Assembly (NCBI GenBank): GCA_020443225.1
Contig: JAGRIO010000001.1
Coordinates: 1-53,321, forward strand
Origin: Pseudomonadales bacterium
Lineage (GTDB): Bacteria; Pseudomonadota; Gammaproteobacteria; Pseudomonadales; Azotimanducaceae
DNA: 53,321 bases
Direction of reading: 5' to 3'
Made by a program: the position numbers and the translations under genes. Below are positions 34,032 to 43,261 of the stretch, in pieces. Below the pieces are notes generated by a model that was given only the letters and a program-made list of their open reading frames with translations, did no database searches and was not told where the DNA came from. How positions within the stretch are numbered: the stretch's first letter is position 1; each line of letters starts with the position of its first letter.

Positions 34032-35435
34032 CTAAACTTTCCTCGCCCGGAATTTTCGGCCCTTGATTTTCCGGTCATTGAGTCGTGTGACCGCCTGGCC
34101 CGCGATATTGCGTTCGACTGCCACATAAGTTGAGGTGTCAAAGGTGCTGATCTTGCCGATCATTGTGCCATCAATGCCACCTTCACCAGTCAGGGCACCA
34201 ACAATATCGCCGGGGCGCAGCTTGTGTTTCTTGCCGCCATCTATCTGCAGGGTGATCATGGCCGGGGGTGCTCCCCGTTGTTGTGTGTCAGGGCTGCCGG
34301 CGGTGCTCTGTTCGGGCTGGCGTTCGGACATAGATGCCAGCAGTTCAGTTTTATGGCGCTCGCCGCTGTGGAACAGTGAGCAGGCGATGCCCCGCTGACC
34401 AGCCCGGCCGGTGCGACCGATTCGATGGGTGTGTACTTCAGGATCATTGGGCAGGTGGTAGTTCACTACCAGGTCCAGTGCTTCAATATCCAGTCCCCGG
34501 GCGGCTACGTCAGTTGCCACCAGCACGGTGATGCTGTGATTGGTGAATTTTACCAGCCGTACGTCCCGGTCCCGCTGTTCCAGGTCGCCATGTATCGGCA
34601 GGGCACTGAAACCTGCGGCTGAGAGTTTGCTGGCAACTTCCTCGGTGCTTTGCCGGGTGTTGCAGAACACCAGTGCTGATGTTGGTTGATACTGCTGCAG
34701 CAGCCAGATGAGCGCATCACTTCTGTCGGCCTGGCTGTTAATTTCGATATAACGTTCGCGAATGCTGGTGTCGTCATGCAGTTCCGGAGCCTCTACGCTG
34801 ACAGGTTGTTTCAGCAGTTTGCTGGCCAGCTGGCGAATGTTCTCGGGATAAGTGGCACTGAATAACAAGGTCTGACGCTGTGCTGGCAGATAGCCCCGAA
34901 TCTGTTCAATAACATCACCAAAACCCATATCAAGCATGCGGTCTGCCTCATCCAGCACAAACTGGGTCAGATGCTGCAGCGACAGATTTCCTTTGCGCAG
35001 GTGCTCTTCGATCCGGCCGGGCGTTCCCACGACAATGTGCGCACCGTGTTCCAGCGAACCTTTCTGCGGGCCGAATGGCACACCACCACACAGTGTCAGC
35101 ACTTTGATGTTGTGGATCTGGCGACCAAGCTGGCGAATATCACGGGCAACCTGGTCAGCCAGTTCGCGGGTAGGGCACAGGACCAGTGCCTGCACCCGAA
35201 AGTGTTTCACATTCAGCCGCTGAAGTATTCCCAGGCCGAATGCCGCGGTTTTGCCAGAACCGGTTCTGGCCTGTGCGATAAGATCCCGGCCCTGCAGAAT
35301 TTCGGGTAACGCCAGCGCCTGAACCGGGGTCATGGTTTGGAAGTTCAGCATCTCCAGATTGGCCAGCAAAGCGGCATCCAGGTTCAGCCCGGCAAAAGCT
35401 GCAGTGTTGTTGTTTTCAGGGTGTTGATCAGACAA
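34032..35435 (-). CDS. dbpA: ATP-dependent RNA helicase DbpA (DEAD-box, 23S rRNA hairpin-92 dependent)
   Basis: Q-motif TMTPVQ, AQARTGSGKT, VLDEADRMLDMGF, SAT and HRIGRTGRAG. The DbpA-specific C-terminal RNA-binding domain (LQIDGGKKHKLRPGDIVGALTGEGGIDGTMIGKI...) is present. TTG start with a GGAG Shine-Dalgarno 9 nt upstream. Confidence 0.9.
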   Translation of the reverse strand: MSDQHPENNNTAAFAGLNLDAALLANLEMLNFQTMTPVQALALPEILQGRDLIAQARTGSGKTAAFGLGILQRLNVKHFRVQALVLCPTRELADQVARDIRQLGRQIHNIKVLTLCGGVPFGPQKGSLEHGAHIVVGTPGRIEEHLRKGNLSLQHLTQFVLDEADRMLDMGFGDVIEQIRGYLPAQRQTLLFSATYPENIRQLASKLLKQPVSVEAPELHDDTSIRERYIEINSQADRSDALIWLLQQYQPTSALVFCNTRQSTEEVASKLSAAGFSALPIHGDLEQRDRDVRLVKFTNHSITVLVATDVAARGLDIEALDLVVNYHLPNDPEVHTHRIGRTGRAGQRGIACSLFHSGERHKTELLASMSERQPEQSTAGSPDTQQRGAPPAMITLQIDGGKKHKLRPGDIVGALTGEGGIDGTMIGKISTFDTSTYVAVERNIAGQAVTRLNDRKIKGRKFRARKV

Positions 35436-35551
35436 GAAGCAACTCCGGACCAGACAGTCGGATGGATAATTAGCCGGCCATCTTAGCGGTTTGGGGCTTG
35501 TAAAGCTTCCGGTCTGTGAGAAACTCGAACGAAATTCTGATGGAGAGCCCT

Positions 35552-35944
35552 ATGCCTGCAACCCGGCTGGAACACTTCACGGTACGGTGCGAAGACCTGC
35601 AACGAACCCGTGACTTTTATTGTGAGATTGTAGGCCTTACAGAAGGTCAGCGCCCCAATCTCCCTTTCAGGGGCTTCTGGTTGTACGCCGGAGAAGTGCC
35701 TGTCGTGCATCTGATGGACAAGGCTGAAGCGGAAAAAATTGCTGGTGAGTCACCTTGTGACGATCCACACACGGCAGCGCTGGACCATGTGGCGTTCAGT
35801 GCAGAAGATCTGACAGGCACCCGAAGCCTGTTGCAGGCACATGGCTATGAGTTTCGCGAGAATTCGATCCCCGGTTTTCTCGATCAGATTTTTCTGCGGG
35901 ACCCGGACGGCATTCTGGTTGAGCTGAACTTTCGTGCTGGCTGA
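35552..35944 (+). CDS. VOC (glyoxalase/dioxygenase) family protein
   Basis: MPATRLEHFTVRCEDLQRTRDFYCEIVGL...LDHVAFS...FLRDPDGILVELN. GGAG lies 6 nt upstream of the ATG at 35552. Confidence 0.75.
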   Translation: MPATRLEHFTVRCEDLQRTRDFYCEIVGLTEGQRPNLPFRGFWLYAGEVPVVHLMDKAEAEKIAGESPCDDPHTAALDHVAFSAEDLTGTRSLLQAHGYEFRENSIPGFLDQIFLRDPDGILVELNFRAG

Positions 35945-35977
35945 ACCAGAGTTAGCGGAGGTTCTGTCGTCAGCCGT

Positions 35978-36268
35978 TCAGGTCGGCTGGGGCAACCAGA
36001 CTGTATGGGAAACTGAACCGAACTCCGCCAACTGACTGGCGAGTTGATAGCCAGGTGCGCTGGGTGTTTCCACCCAGCGCGCCTGGTGATGAAGGTGCAT
36101 GCTCAGTTCGGTCGTGCCAGGATGCTTGGCATACACCATGGCCCGGACCTCGTGCCCTGAATTGATTGCCCTGGCGAGTTCTGTCAGAAGACGTAAGACC
36201 GTCTCCTCCTCGCCCGGAGCAATCTGAAGGCTGATCAGTTCAATCCACTGTGAGGGAAACTGCCCCAA
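35978..36268 (-). CDS. Hypothetical 96-aa protein, co-transcribed with the MipA-like gene
   Basis: TTG start with a strong AGGAGGA Shine-Dalgarno 7 nt upstream, 21 nt after the MipA-like stop. I recognised no family; the size and pattern suggest a small alpha+beta protein. Confidence 0.55.
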   Translation of the reverse strand: MGQFPSQWIELISLQIAPGEEETVLRLLTELARAINSGHEVRAMVYAKHPGTTELSMHLHHQARWVETPSAPGYQLASQLAEFGSVSHTVWLPQPT

Positions 36269-36289
36269 GGCTGATCCTCCTGTTGCAGG

Positions 36290-37078
36290 TCAGAAATTGT
36301 AGTTAATGCCGATATTGGCGAAGTAATTCGTCTGTCGCGCTACAACAGAACTGTCGCCGATACCATCGCTGAACCACTGCACCCCAGCTGAAGTGGTGAA
36401 ATCCCAGTGTTCGCTCAGCGCATAACGGGAATCGATACCAGCGCTAAGGCTGATGGCGCTGTCACCCTGATAAGCGGTCCGCGTTGCCGTGGTTTCCAGG
36501 TTGCTGACCCCGAAATGATGATCCACCAGGTCCTTGCTCAGCCATTGTGCGGCGACGCCGGGATTGACGTGCCAGTTACCGGCATTCATATCAAAGCGGT
36601 AAGACACAGTGGCGCTATGGCCGTGATGTTTGCCCCCGGCATCGGTCAGCAGTGACAGGTGCAGCCTGCCGGTCTCTGTTGTGTGGTTGAACCAGATGCC
36701 GGCATCGACGCTGACGTCCCGTTCCCGAATGCCTGCGAGTTCACGGTTATCGTCAAAGTTGTCTGCATCAGACAGGTAGGAATGATTGCCGCGCAGCGTG
36801 AACCCGAAACTGCAATTTTCAACCTGCATGGCAGACCAGTTCAGGCTGTCATTGTCGATAAAGAAGCGGTCTCCGTTGTACTGCACATTGAGGCTCATAC
36901 CCGCATCGCCGTTCTGGCCTTCGAATATTCCCTGATAGCCGGTAATGCCAGCCCCAACAATGAACCTGGCATTGTTTTCGCCGGGCTCGATGGCGTCAGA
37001 ATAAGTTCTGGCCAGAAGTGGGGAGCCGGTAGTTGCGATCAGTGCCAGACCGGCGGCAAGTTTTACAATTGTTTTCAT
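36290..37078 (-). CDS. MipA/OmpV-family outer-membrane beta-barrel protein
   Basis: Signal peptide MKTIVKLAAGLALIATTGSPLLA, alternating beta-strand pattern, YNGDRFFID and GDSSVV segments, and the terminal ...IGINYNF (OMP C-terminal Phe). AGAGGA Shine-Dalgarno. Confidence 0.65.
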   Translation of the reverse strand: MKTIVKLAAGLALIATTGSPLLARTYSDAIEPGENNARFIVGAGITGYQGIFEGQNGDAGMSLNVQYNGDRFFIDNDSLNWSAMQVENCSFGFTLRGNHSYLSDADNFDDNRELAGIRERDVSVDAGIWFNHTTETGRLHLSLLTDAGGKHHGHSATVSYRFDMNAGNWHVNPGVAAQWLSKDLVDHHFGVSNLETTATRTAYQGDSAISLSAGIDSRYALSEHWDFTTSAGVQWFSDGIGDSSVVARQTNYFANIGINYNF

Positions 37079-37140
37079 CTGCTTGAATCCTCTGCTTGAG
37101 ATGTGAATCTTGGGTCAAAGACGTTGACCAATATATTCAT

Positions 37141-37156
37141 AACAATAACCGTGCCA
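37141..37156 (-). promoter_or_regulatory. Sigma-54 (-24/-12)-like promoter element facing the MipA-like operon
   Basis: The minus strand reads TGGCACGGTTATTGTT. TGGCACG matches the -24 consensus and the spacing is correct, but the -12 is TTGT rather than TTGC. It lies ~65-80 nt upstream of the ATG at 37078. It is the only TGGCAC in the window with a plausible -12 partner. Confidence 0.4.
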
Positions 37157-37166
37157 GTGACAAATA

Positions 37167-37238
37167 TTCATAAAATACAATGAGTTATGAAACGCATCCC
37201 GAAAAATCACGAAATATCGTTGAAATAAACTGCGATAT
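37167..37238. promoter_or_regulatory. Two inverted repeats upstream of the -24/-12 element; candidate enhancer (UAS) or IHF region
   Basis: TTCATAA-N11-TTATGAA spans 37167-37191 and ATATCG-N13-CGATAT spans 37214-37238. ATATTCATAA also occurs twice, 31 bp apart (37133 and 37164), in an AT-rich tract. Confidence 0.25.
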
Positions 37239-37316
37239 ATCAAAAACTGTGTCTTTTCGTGAGTGGTGCCAGGTCCTGAAGCCTCAGGTTTGAATGCACC
37301 CGCCTGAGGTAACCGT

Positions 37317-38915
37317 ATGCAGAGTGGAGAAGCTTTCTTCCGGGACGTGACCGTCGACATCTGCCGCCACCTGCAGATCGAAGATTCCCTGCAGGCCTGC
37401 GCAGCTCTACTGGCCACGCATATGCCCGTAGAAAGAATGTATCTGGATGTATGGGACCGGGAAACCGGCACCGTGCGAACAATTGCCACGGCTACGCCGA
37501 CCGGGGCACAGGCTCTGGACAGGCTTGTAAACTACCCGCAAATGCGGAGAAGACAGCCCATCGATACGCTGGTAGATGAGCAGCAGGAGCTGAATGTCTT
37601 CTTTAATAACGATGCCATAAAGCCGCCCTGGTTTGTCGCTGCGCTGCAGGCCTTTGGCAGGCCGGTGGATCGCGCGATTATCGGCACCTACCCGATGCTG
37701 GATGGGCAGGTCACCGGAGCTGTCGTGGCCATCGCCCCGGCAGGAGAGGTGTACACAGAACGTCATGCAGCTTTGTTTGCATTTCTGAAAAGTCCGTTTG
37801 GTATCGCGATTCAGAACGCACTGCGCTACCGGCAACTCACGGAGCTGTCACAAACACTGGCAGACGATAATCGCTTTTTTCAGCGCGAGCTCCGCGGCGA
37901 AACTACTAACGAGATTATTGGGTCGGAGTTCGGTCTGGCGGATACGCTGTGGGCTGCCCGGCAAGTCGCGGTCCATGACAGTCCGGTGTTGCTGACTGGT
38001 GAAACCGGTGTTGGCAAAGATGTGATCGCCAATCATATTCATCAGGTTTCAAATCGCAGCCGGGGGCCCTTCATCAAGGTGAACTGTGGCGCTATTCCGG
38101 AATCGCTGCTGGACAGTGAGTTGTTCGGGCACGAGAAAGGTGCTTTCACCGGCGCTATAGCCCGGAAGCGCGGACGATTTGAACGTGCCCATGGCGGCAC
38201 GATCTTTCTGGATGAAATTGGAGAACTGACGCCTCAGGCGCAGGTGCGGCTGTTGCGGGTACTGCAGCATAAAGAATTCGAAAGGGTGGGTGGCGACGGC
38301 AGCCTGGAAGTGGACGTTCGTGTGATCGCAGCAACCCACAGGAATCTCGAAGAAATGGTTCGGCGCGGTGAGTTCCGGGAAGACCTTTGGTTCCGGCTGA
38401 ATGTGTTTCCGTTACTGATTCCGCCCCTGCGGGCCAGAAAAGAAGATATTCCGGCGCTGGTTCAGCACTTTGTCAAAATCAGGTCCAGCGCACTGCGCTA
38501 TGCTCAGGCCCCGGCGATTGATGTGAACACCTTAAGGCTGCTAAGTGCCTATCGCTGGCCAGGCAATGTCCGCGAGCTTGAGAACGTAGTGGAGCGGGCC
38601 CTGATTCTTGGTGGAGGAAGGCGACTGGCAATTGAAGGGCTGTTGCCCGTTACTCAGGCAGGCGCTGAATCCGATGCCCGGCTAAAGCCTGCTGAGAATG
38701 TTTCACCGATATCAGAAGTCCCTGATCCCGCGGGGTTTAAGACGCTCGATGAAATCGCAGCCGGGCATATTGAGCAGGTCCTGCAATTTACCGGCGGTAA
38801 GATTCATGGGAAGGGCGGTGCCGCCGATTTACTGGCTATCAAGCCTGGTACCCTTCGCTCGAGAATGGATAAGCTTGGCATTCAGTACCGCCGGATCAAC
38901 ACACGGGGTAACTGA
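37317..38915 (+). CDS. Sigma-54-dependent transcriptional activator (bEBP): N-terminal GAF-like sensor, AAA+ domain, C-terminal Fis-type HTH
   Basis: Walker [12 protein letters not shown], the GAFTGA loop ([13 protein letters not shown]), Walker [11 protein letters not shown]-finger region, and the C-terminal [33 protein letters not shown]. There is no receiver domain. Confidence 0.9.
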   Translation: MQSGEAFFRDVTVDICRHLQIEDSLQACAALLATHMPVERMYLDVWDRETGTVRTIATATPTGAQALDRLVNYPQMRRRQPIDTLVDEQQELNVFFNNDAIKPPWFVAALQAFGRPVDRAIIGTYPMLDGQVTGAVVAIAPAGEVYTERHAALFAFLKSPFGIAIQNALRYRQLTELSQTLADDNRFFQRELRGETTNEIIGSEFGLADTLWAARQVAVHDSPVLLTGETGVGKDVIANHIHQVSNRSRGPFIKVNCGAIPESLLDSELFGHEKGAFTGAIARKRGRFERAHGGTIFLDEIGELTPQAQVRLLRVLQHKEFERVGGDGSLEVDVRVIAATHRNLEEMVRRGEFREDLWFRLNVFPLLIPPLRARKEDIPALVQHFVKIRSSALRYAQAPAIDVNTLRLLSAYRWPGNVRELENVVERALILGGGRRLAIEGLLPVTQAGAESDARLKPAENVSPISEVPDPAGFKTLDEIAAGHIEQVLQFTGGKIHGKGGAADLLAIKPGTLRSRMDKLGIQYRRINTRGN

Positions 38916-38927
38916 ATTGCATTAATC

Positions 38928-38957
38928 GCGGGCGAGACTGCAATGATGCTCGCCCGC
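38928..38957. terminator. GC-rich hairpin between the convergent bEBP and DUF2855 genes
   Basis: GCGGGCGAG (38928-38936) pairs with CTCGCCCGC (38949-38957) across a 12-nt loop. Confidence 0.5.
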
Positions 38958-39000
38958 TGTCAGTGTCAGCTTATGGGGCTTCGTTCTTCAGTCAGGGTTG

Positions 39001-40065
39001 TCACTCATTGATCACGATATAGCCGCGATCGGGTGAAGCACCTTTCAATACGGTCTGGTAGGTCGCAGCGACGTCGGTGCTTTCCTCGATTTTTACCCAA
39101 CGGTCCACGTCGGCAATGAATCTCAGCCAGGCTTCGTTGATGGCTTGCTGGAGTTTCTCTGCTCCCCATTCTGCCGTGCGTTTCTGCAGCTGACTGGGGG
39201 CGAAGAACATTCCCGGCTTAGCCCCCGGCAGTGAGGCCGGGTCTGCCCCTTCCCGTGCATCATAGTGGGTAATGCCAACACCGCAGCTGTTGACGAGATT
39301 GTCGGCGAAGTGGTGGTGGACTTCCGACAGTACTCTGCGGTTGCCTGACATGTCGACATATGCCGTCGGTATGCTGGCATCCAGCCTGCTGATGGTGTCA
39401 TAAGTGACAACGTCGTCATACAAACCCACGTCTGCGACGAATCCAGAGTTGCCCTCTGATGTCAGGCCAATAACCCTCACATCCCTGTCTTCCAGCAGAT
39501 ACGCCATCGAGAAAGCTGTTTTGCTGCTGGCGCTGGAAAGAATGATCTGCTGCGCCCCGAAGAAATTGTTGTCGGCGAAATAATCGTCGAGCACAAACCC
39601 CGTCATAAACAGTGGCCGGTAAATCATCTGGTAGCTGTCGTGTTCCGGTGGAAAGCCGTTGGCAGCGGTCATCAGGCTGTATTGATTGTAGGTCGGTGGC
39701 AATGAGGCCCGGTGTGCTGAGGCATCAGACATGCCACGTGCCGTAATGTGCTGTGGTTCGACCACCAGATAGTCAGACATGGGGTAATAACCGTAGTAAC
39801 GACTACCCACTGGTATCTCTGCGACATTGGATTCCTCGACCGTACCGATTCCCCACACCGGGATACGCCCCATGTCGCCGGTAGCGGGGAAAAACTGCCA
39901 GTAACCGATCATATCGCCGGCAACGCCATAGGTAATGTTGTTAGCGGTCAAGCCATAACGGTTAACCCGGATCAGGATTTGCTGGTCATTGATAGCGGGT
40001 TTTTCTGAGCTGACTATTTGTGTGCTGGCAAGATCTTTACGGTTTACGAGGAAATCATGTGGCAT
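39001..40065 (-). CDS. DUF2855-family protein (MDR/alcohol-dehydrogenase-like fold, function unknown)
   Basis: MPHDFLVNRKDLASTQIV...ILIRVNRYGLTANNITYGVAGDMIGYWQFFPA...GRIPVWGIGTVEES..VGSRYYGYYPM matches the DUF2855 pattern as I recall it. An AAGGAGA Shine-Dalgarno lies 8 nt before the ATG at 40065; the ORF opens at 40089. Confidence 0.55.
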   Translation of the reverse strand: MPHDFLVNRKDLASTQIVSSEKPAINDQQILIRVNRYGLTANNITYGVAGDMIGYWQFFPATGDMGRIPVWGIGTVEESNVAEIPVGSRYYGYYPMSDYLVVEPQHITARGMSDASAHRASLPPTYNQYSLMTAANGFPPEHDSYQMIYRPLFMTGFVLDDYFADNNFFGAQQIILSSASSKTAFSMAYLLEDRDVRVIGLTSEGNSGFVADVGLYDDVVTYDTISRLDASIPTAYVDMSGNRRVLSEVHHHFADNLVNSCGVGITHYDAREGADPASLPGAKPGMFFAPSQLQKRTAEWGAEKLQQAINEAWLRFIADVDRWVKIEESTDVAATYQTVLKGASPDRGYIVINE

Positions 40066-40094
40066 CAGTTTCTTCTCCTTCAGGTACATGGATA

Positions 40095-41456
40095 CTATTG
40101 TTCAGACATTACTCTGGCAAATGCTTCTGGTGTGCGCCAGCGGGGACCGGCCAGCCGCCACAGATACATCAGTGCGGTGGTGATGATCATGGCGACGAAT
40201 ACGACCCATGAGGCACGGGGACCCATTTCCCAGACCTTGATCACGAAATACTGTACCAGCAGCATCAGCCAGTGAATCAGAATGCTGGCCCACATCAGCC
40301 AGCGGGTATCACCGGCGCCACGCAGTACGCCGCCTGCGATCTGAATAGTAGCGTCTGCCATCACATAGGTAGCGAGCCCTACCATCATAAAGCTGCCCAG
40401 TGACATGATGGCTTGCGGGTCGTGTCCCGGGGCAATAAAGATTGCTACCAGTGGCTCCCGGAAGAACAGGAAAACCAGCGCAAGCAAGCCGGAGAAACCC
40501 ATGCCCATGGAAAAGCCCGCCTTGATGACTTCCCGCAGTCTGCTGCTATTGTCAGCGCCGATGTAGCGTCCCACCAGACTGATGATGGCAACATTCAGAC
40601 CAATCATGGGTACGAATGACATGATATCCCAGTTGAAGACGATGGCAGCTGAAGCCGCTTCAGTGACACCATAGGACTGAAACATCAGCAGGAACAGATT
40701 GAATGCTGCCACATTCAGAAACATTTCAATGCCAGAAGGAAAGCCCAGGCGGACGAAACGCCGAAGAATACCCGGATCAAACCTGAAGGATTCCATCACC
40801 CGGAACCGGGCACGATGCAGGGGTTCGAAATAAAAGCCGGCAAATATCAGCAGGCTGAACACCGTGCTGATGATGGTGCCCCATGCTGCCCCGGCGATGC
40901 CGAGTGCCGGGATTACACCGGTGCCGAAAATCAGCAACCAGGTCAGAGGGATGTTCAGCGCAACTCCCAGCGTGTCTGCAATCATGACGACCCGAGTCTG
41001 ACCGATGCCCGAGAAATAGGCGGCGACACAGCTTTTCGCCAGTGATGCACCAGCGCCCCAGATCAGAATCAGAAAATACTGTGATTCGAGTTTTGCCAGC
41101 CCTTCTGTATGCCCCATCAGCAGAAACAGGTCGTCTGCAAGATACCCAAGCAGCATCAGCAGCGGGGAGAAACATGCACCAAGTAACATACCCTGAGTCA
41201 CCACCCGCGGGCACTTCTCCAGTTGCTGGCTGCCAAAATACTGAGCGGTCAGCGCATTGGTGTAGGAGAGCACGCCAATGAACAGTGACATGCAGAAGAA
41301 GGAGCCCACGCCGCCTCCCAGTGCAGCAGCCATATGAGTGGGGCTCACCAGCGACATGAAGTAACGATCGGTGAAGATCATCACCGCAAAGGCGCCCTGG
41401 GAGATTACCATCGGGTAGGCGAGAATCAGCAGCTCTTTACTGGTGGAAGATTTCAC
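40095..41456 (-). CDS. MATE-family efflux transporter (NorM-like)
   Basis: 453 aa, 12 TM, with an N-terminus LLILAYPMVISQGAFAVMIFTDRYFMS typical of MatE repeats. GTG start. Confidence 0.85.
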   Translation of the reverse strand: MKSSTSKELLILAYPMVISQGAFAVMIFTDRYFMSLVSPTHMAAALGGGVGSFFCMSLFIGVLSYTNALTAQYFGSQQLEKCPRVVTQGMLLGACFSPLLMLLGYLADDLFLLMGHTEGLAKLESQYFLILIWGAGASLAKSCVAAYFSGIGQTRVVMIADTLGVALNIPLTWLLIFGTGVIPALGIAGAAWGTIISTVFSLLIFAGFYFEPLHRARFRVMESFRFDPGILRRFVRLGFPSGIEMFLNVAAFNLFLLMFQSYGVTEAASAAIVFNWDIMSFVPMIGLNVAIISLVGRYIGADNSSRLREVIKAGFSMGMGFSGLLALVFLFFREPLVAIFIAPGHDPQAIMSLGSFMMVGLATYVMADATIQIAGGVLRGAGDTRWLMWASILIHWLMLLVQYFVIKVWEMGPRASWVVFVAMIITTALMYLWRLAGPRWRTPEAFARVMSEQ

Positions 41457-41548
41457 AGTTCAGGTTTGCAGGAGCGGGGGTGGAAGAACCGGTCATCTTA
41501 CACACTGAGGCACGAAGGGGAAGTAAAACGCGGTCGCGACCCGGATGT

Positions 41549-42256
41549 TCAGTTTTCCGGCGCCAGCGGGACCACCTGGTCACGGGCGCTGACCCAGTCG
41601 CCGAGTACCGTTGCGTCTGTCACAGTGATTTGCCGGTACCCGCGTTTCACAAGACCGCCTGCTTCCAGTCGCGCCAGAACCTTACTGACTGAAATGCGCG
41701 TGACACCGAGCGTCGAGGCAAGATCTTCCTGATTACAATGAATGATGCAATTTTGCCTGTTAGCTTCCTGCAGATGGCGGACCTGTGCCAGCAGCAGCTT
41801 GGCCATGCGCATTTCCAGCGGCAGGCGCCGGAGGCTGTCGAGGAACTCCAGCAACGCGTAGCTGCGGCGCAGGGAAATAGTCAGCAGCGCCCGCACGATT
41901 TGCGGGTATTGGTCAGTCAGGCTGAAGAAAGTCCGTTCAGCGATATTACCCAGTTCCACCGAGTCGATGGCGATGACATCGTGGGTTCTGGGCAGACCGG
42001 CAAACAGCGTGTATTCACCAAAGCACTGACCCGGGCCCAGTACCGAGGTGGAAACCATAGAGCCGTCAAGACCGACATTACTGCTATTCACGTGTCCTTG
42101 CCTGATCAGGCTGAGTCCCTGAGTCTGGTCGCCGCGGCGGTGAATCAACTGATCCGGCTGAAACCAGCGAATCCGGCAGGCGGCTTCGAGCTGGTTCATC
42201 ACTGCAGGTTCCAGCAGGTCCTGAAGGGTTGGTACATGAGACTGCAGCAGATCCAT
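41549..42256 (-). CDS. Crp/Fnr-family transcriptional regulator
   Basis: It has an N-terminal cNMP-type beta-roll (GQCFGEYTLFAG) and a C-terminal HTH (QEDLASTLGVTRISVSKVLARLEAGGLV). The N-terminal Cys cluster of true FNR is absent. Confidence 0.85.
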   Translation of the reverse strand: MDLLQSHVPTLQDLLEPAVMNQLEAACRIRWFQPDQLIHRRGDQTQGLSLIRQGHVNSSNVGLDGSMVSTSVLGPGQCFGEYTLFAGLPRTHDVIAIDSVELGNIAERTFFSLTDQYPQIVRALLTISLRRSYALLEFLDSLRRLPLEMRMAKLLLAQVRHLQEANRQNCIIHCNQEDLASTLGVTRISVSKVLARLEAGGLVKRGYRQITVTDATVLGDWVSARDQVVPLAPEN

Positions 42257-42273
42257 CGCCGTTATCCGGGAAA

Positions 42274-42289
42274 TGTAAATTAGTTAACA
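42274..42289. promoter_or_regulatory. Imperfect Crp-like box TGTAA-N6-TAACA in the crp/tauD divergent region
   Basis: Read directly. A related AAATGTGA half-site lies in inverted orientation at 42321-42331. Confidence 0.3.
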
Positions 42290-42362
42290 TTCTAGCGGGA
42301 AGCTGGACGCTACTGTAGCCTCACATTTACCTTTGCCACCCATCATCCTGAGGAAAGCAACC

Positions 42363-43214
42363 ATGTCGACTATCACTGTGACCCCTTGTTCTGGCGCCGG
42401 AGCTGAAATTCTTGGCGTTGACCTGAAGCAACTTCACGATGATGAACTGGCACTGATCAGGCAGGCTTATGCTGACTATGGCGTGATATTTTTTCGTGAC
42501 CAGTCACTGACAGAGGAAGATCATATCGCGCTGGCGCGCCGGTTCGGCGAAATCAATGTGAACCGGTTCTTTGCTGCCCACCCTGCCTATCCTGAAATTG
42601 CCATGGTGCTTAAAGAGGCAGAGCAGACGACCAATATCGGTGGTGGCTGGCACACGGACCATTCCTATGATCATGACCCGGCCATGGGCAGCATTCTGGT
42701 AGCGCGAGAACTGCCGCCCAGTGGTGGTGATACCATGTTTGTCAGTATGTACACTGCTTTTGATGGTCTGTCAGATGGTTTGAAACAGACTTTGCGGGGG
42801 CTACGTGCGGTGCATTCTGCCCGCCACGTATTCGGCGCAGGGCAGGGTTACCATAAAGATACGGATGCCGGGGGTAACCGCATCGGCAATTCCGCCGCCG
42901 CCGAAGCGCTGACAGACCCTGTTCATCCGGTGATTATCCGGCATCCGCTGTCAGGCAAGGAAGCGTTGTATATCAACCCTGCCTTTACCCTGCACTTTGA
43001 AGGCTGGACACCAGAAGAATCAGCGCCATTGCTGGAGTATCTCTATAGCTGCTGTGTACAGGAAGAAAATGTCTGTCGTTTCCAATGGCAACCTGGTTCA
43101 GTGGCGTTCTGGGATAATCGCTCGACCTGGCACAATGCGGCTAACGACTATCATGGTGCGCGACGGGAAATGCATCGTATTACCATCGATGGTTGCCCGT
43201 TAGAAGCAGCCTGA
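42363..43214 (+). CDS. TauD/TfdA-family Fe(II)/2OG dioxygenase
   Basis: MSTITVTPCSGAGAEILGVDL.., GGWHTDHSY (HxD) and a distal His/Arg region. A GAGGA Shine-Dalgarno precedes the ATG at 42363. Confidence 0.85.
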   Translation: MSTITVTPCSGAGAEILGVDLKQLHDDELALIRQAYADYGVIFFRDQSLTEEDHIALARRFGEINVNRFFAAHPAYPEIAMVLKEAEQTTNIGGGWHTDHSYDHDPAMGSILVARELPPSGGDTMFVSMYTAFDGLSDGLKQTLRGLRAVHSARHVFGAGQGYHKDTDAGGNRIGNSAAAEALTDPVHPVIIRHPLSGKEALYINPAFTLHFEGWTPEESAPLLEYLYSCCVQEENVCRFQWQPGSVAFWDNRSTWHNAANDYHGARREMHRITIDGCPLEAA

Positions 43215-43261
43215 ACAGGCAGGAATTCTGCCTGCCTGATCAGACTGACTGCATACCCCGG

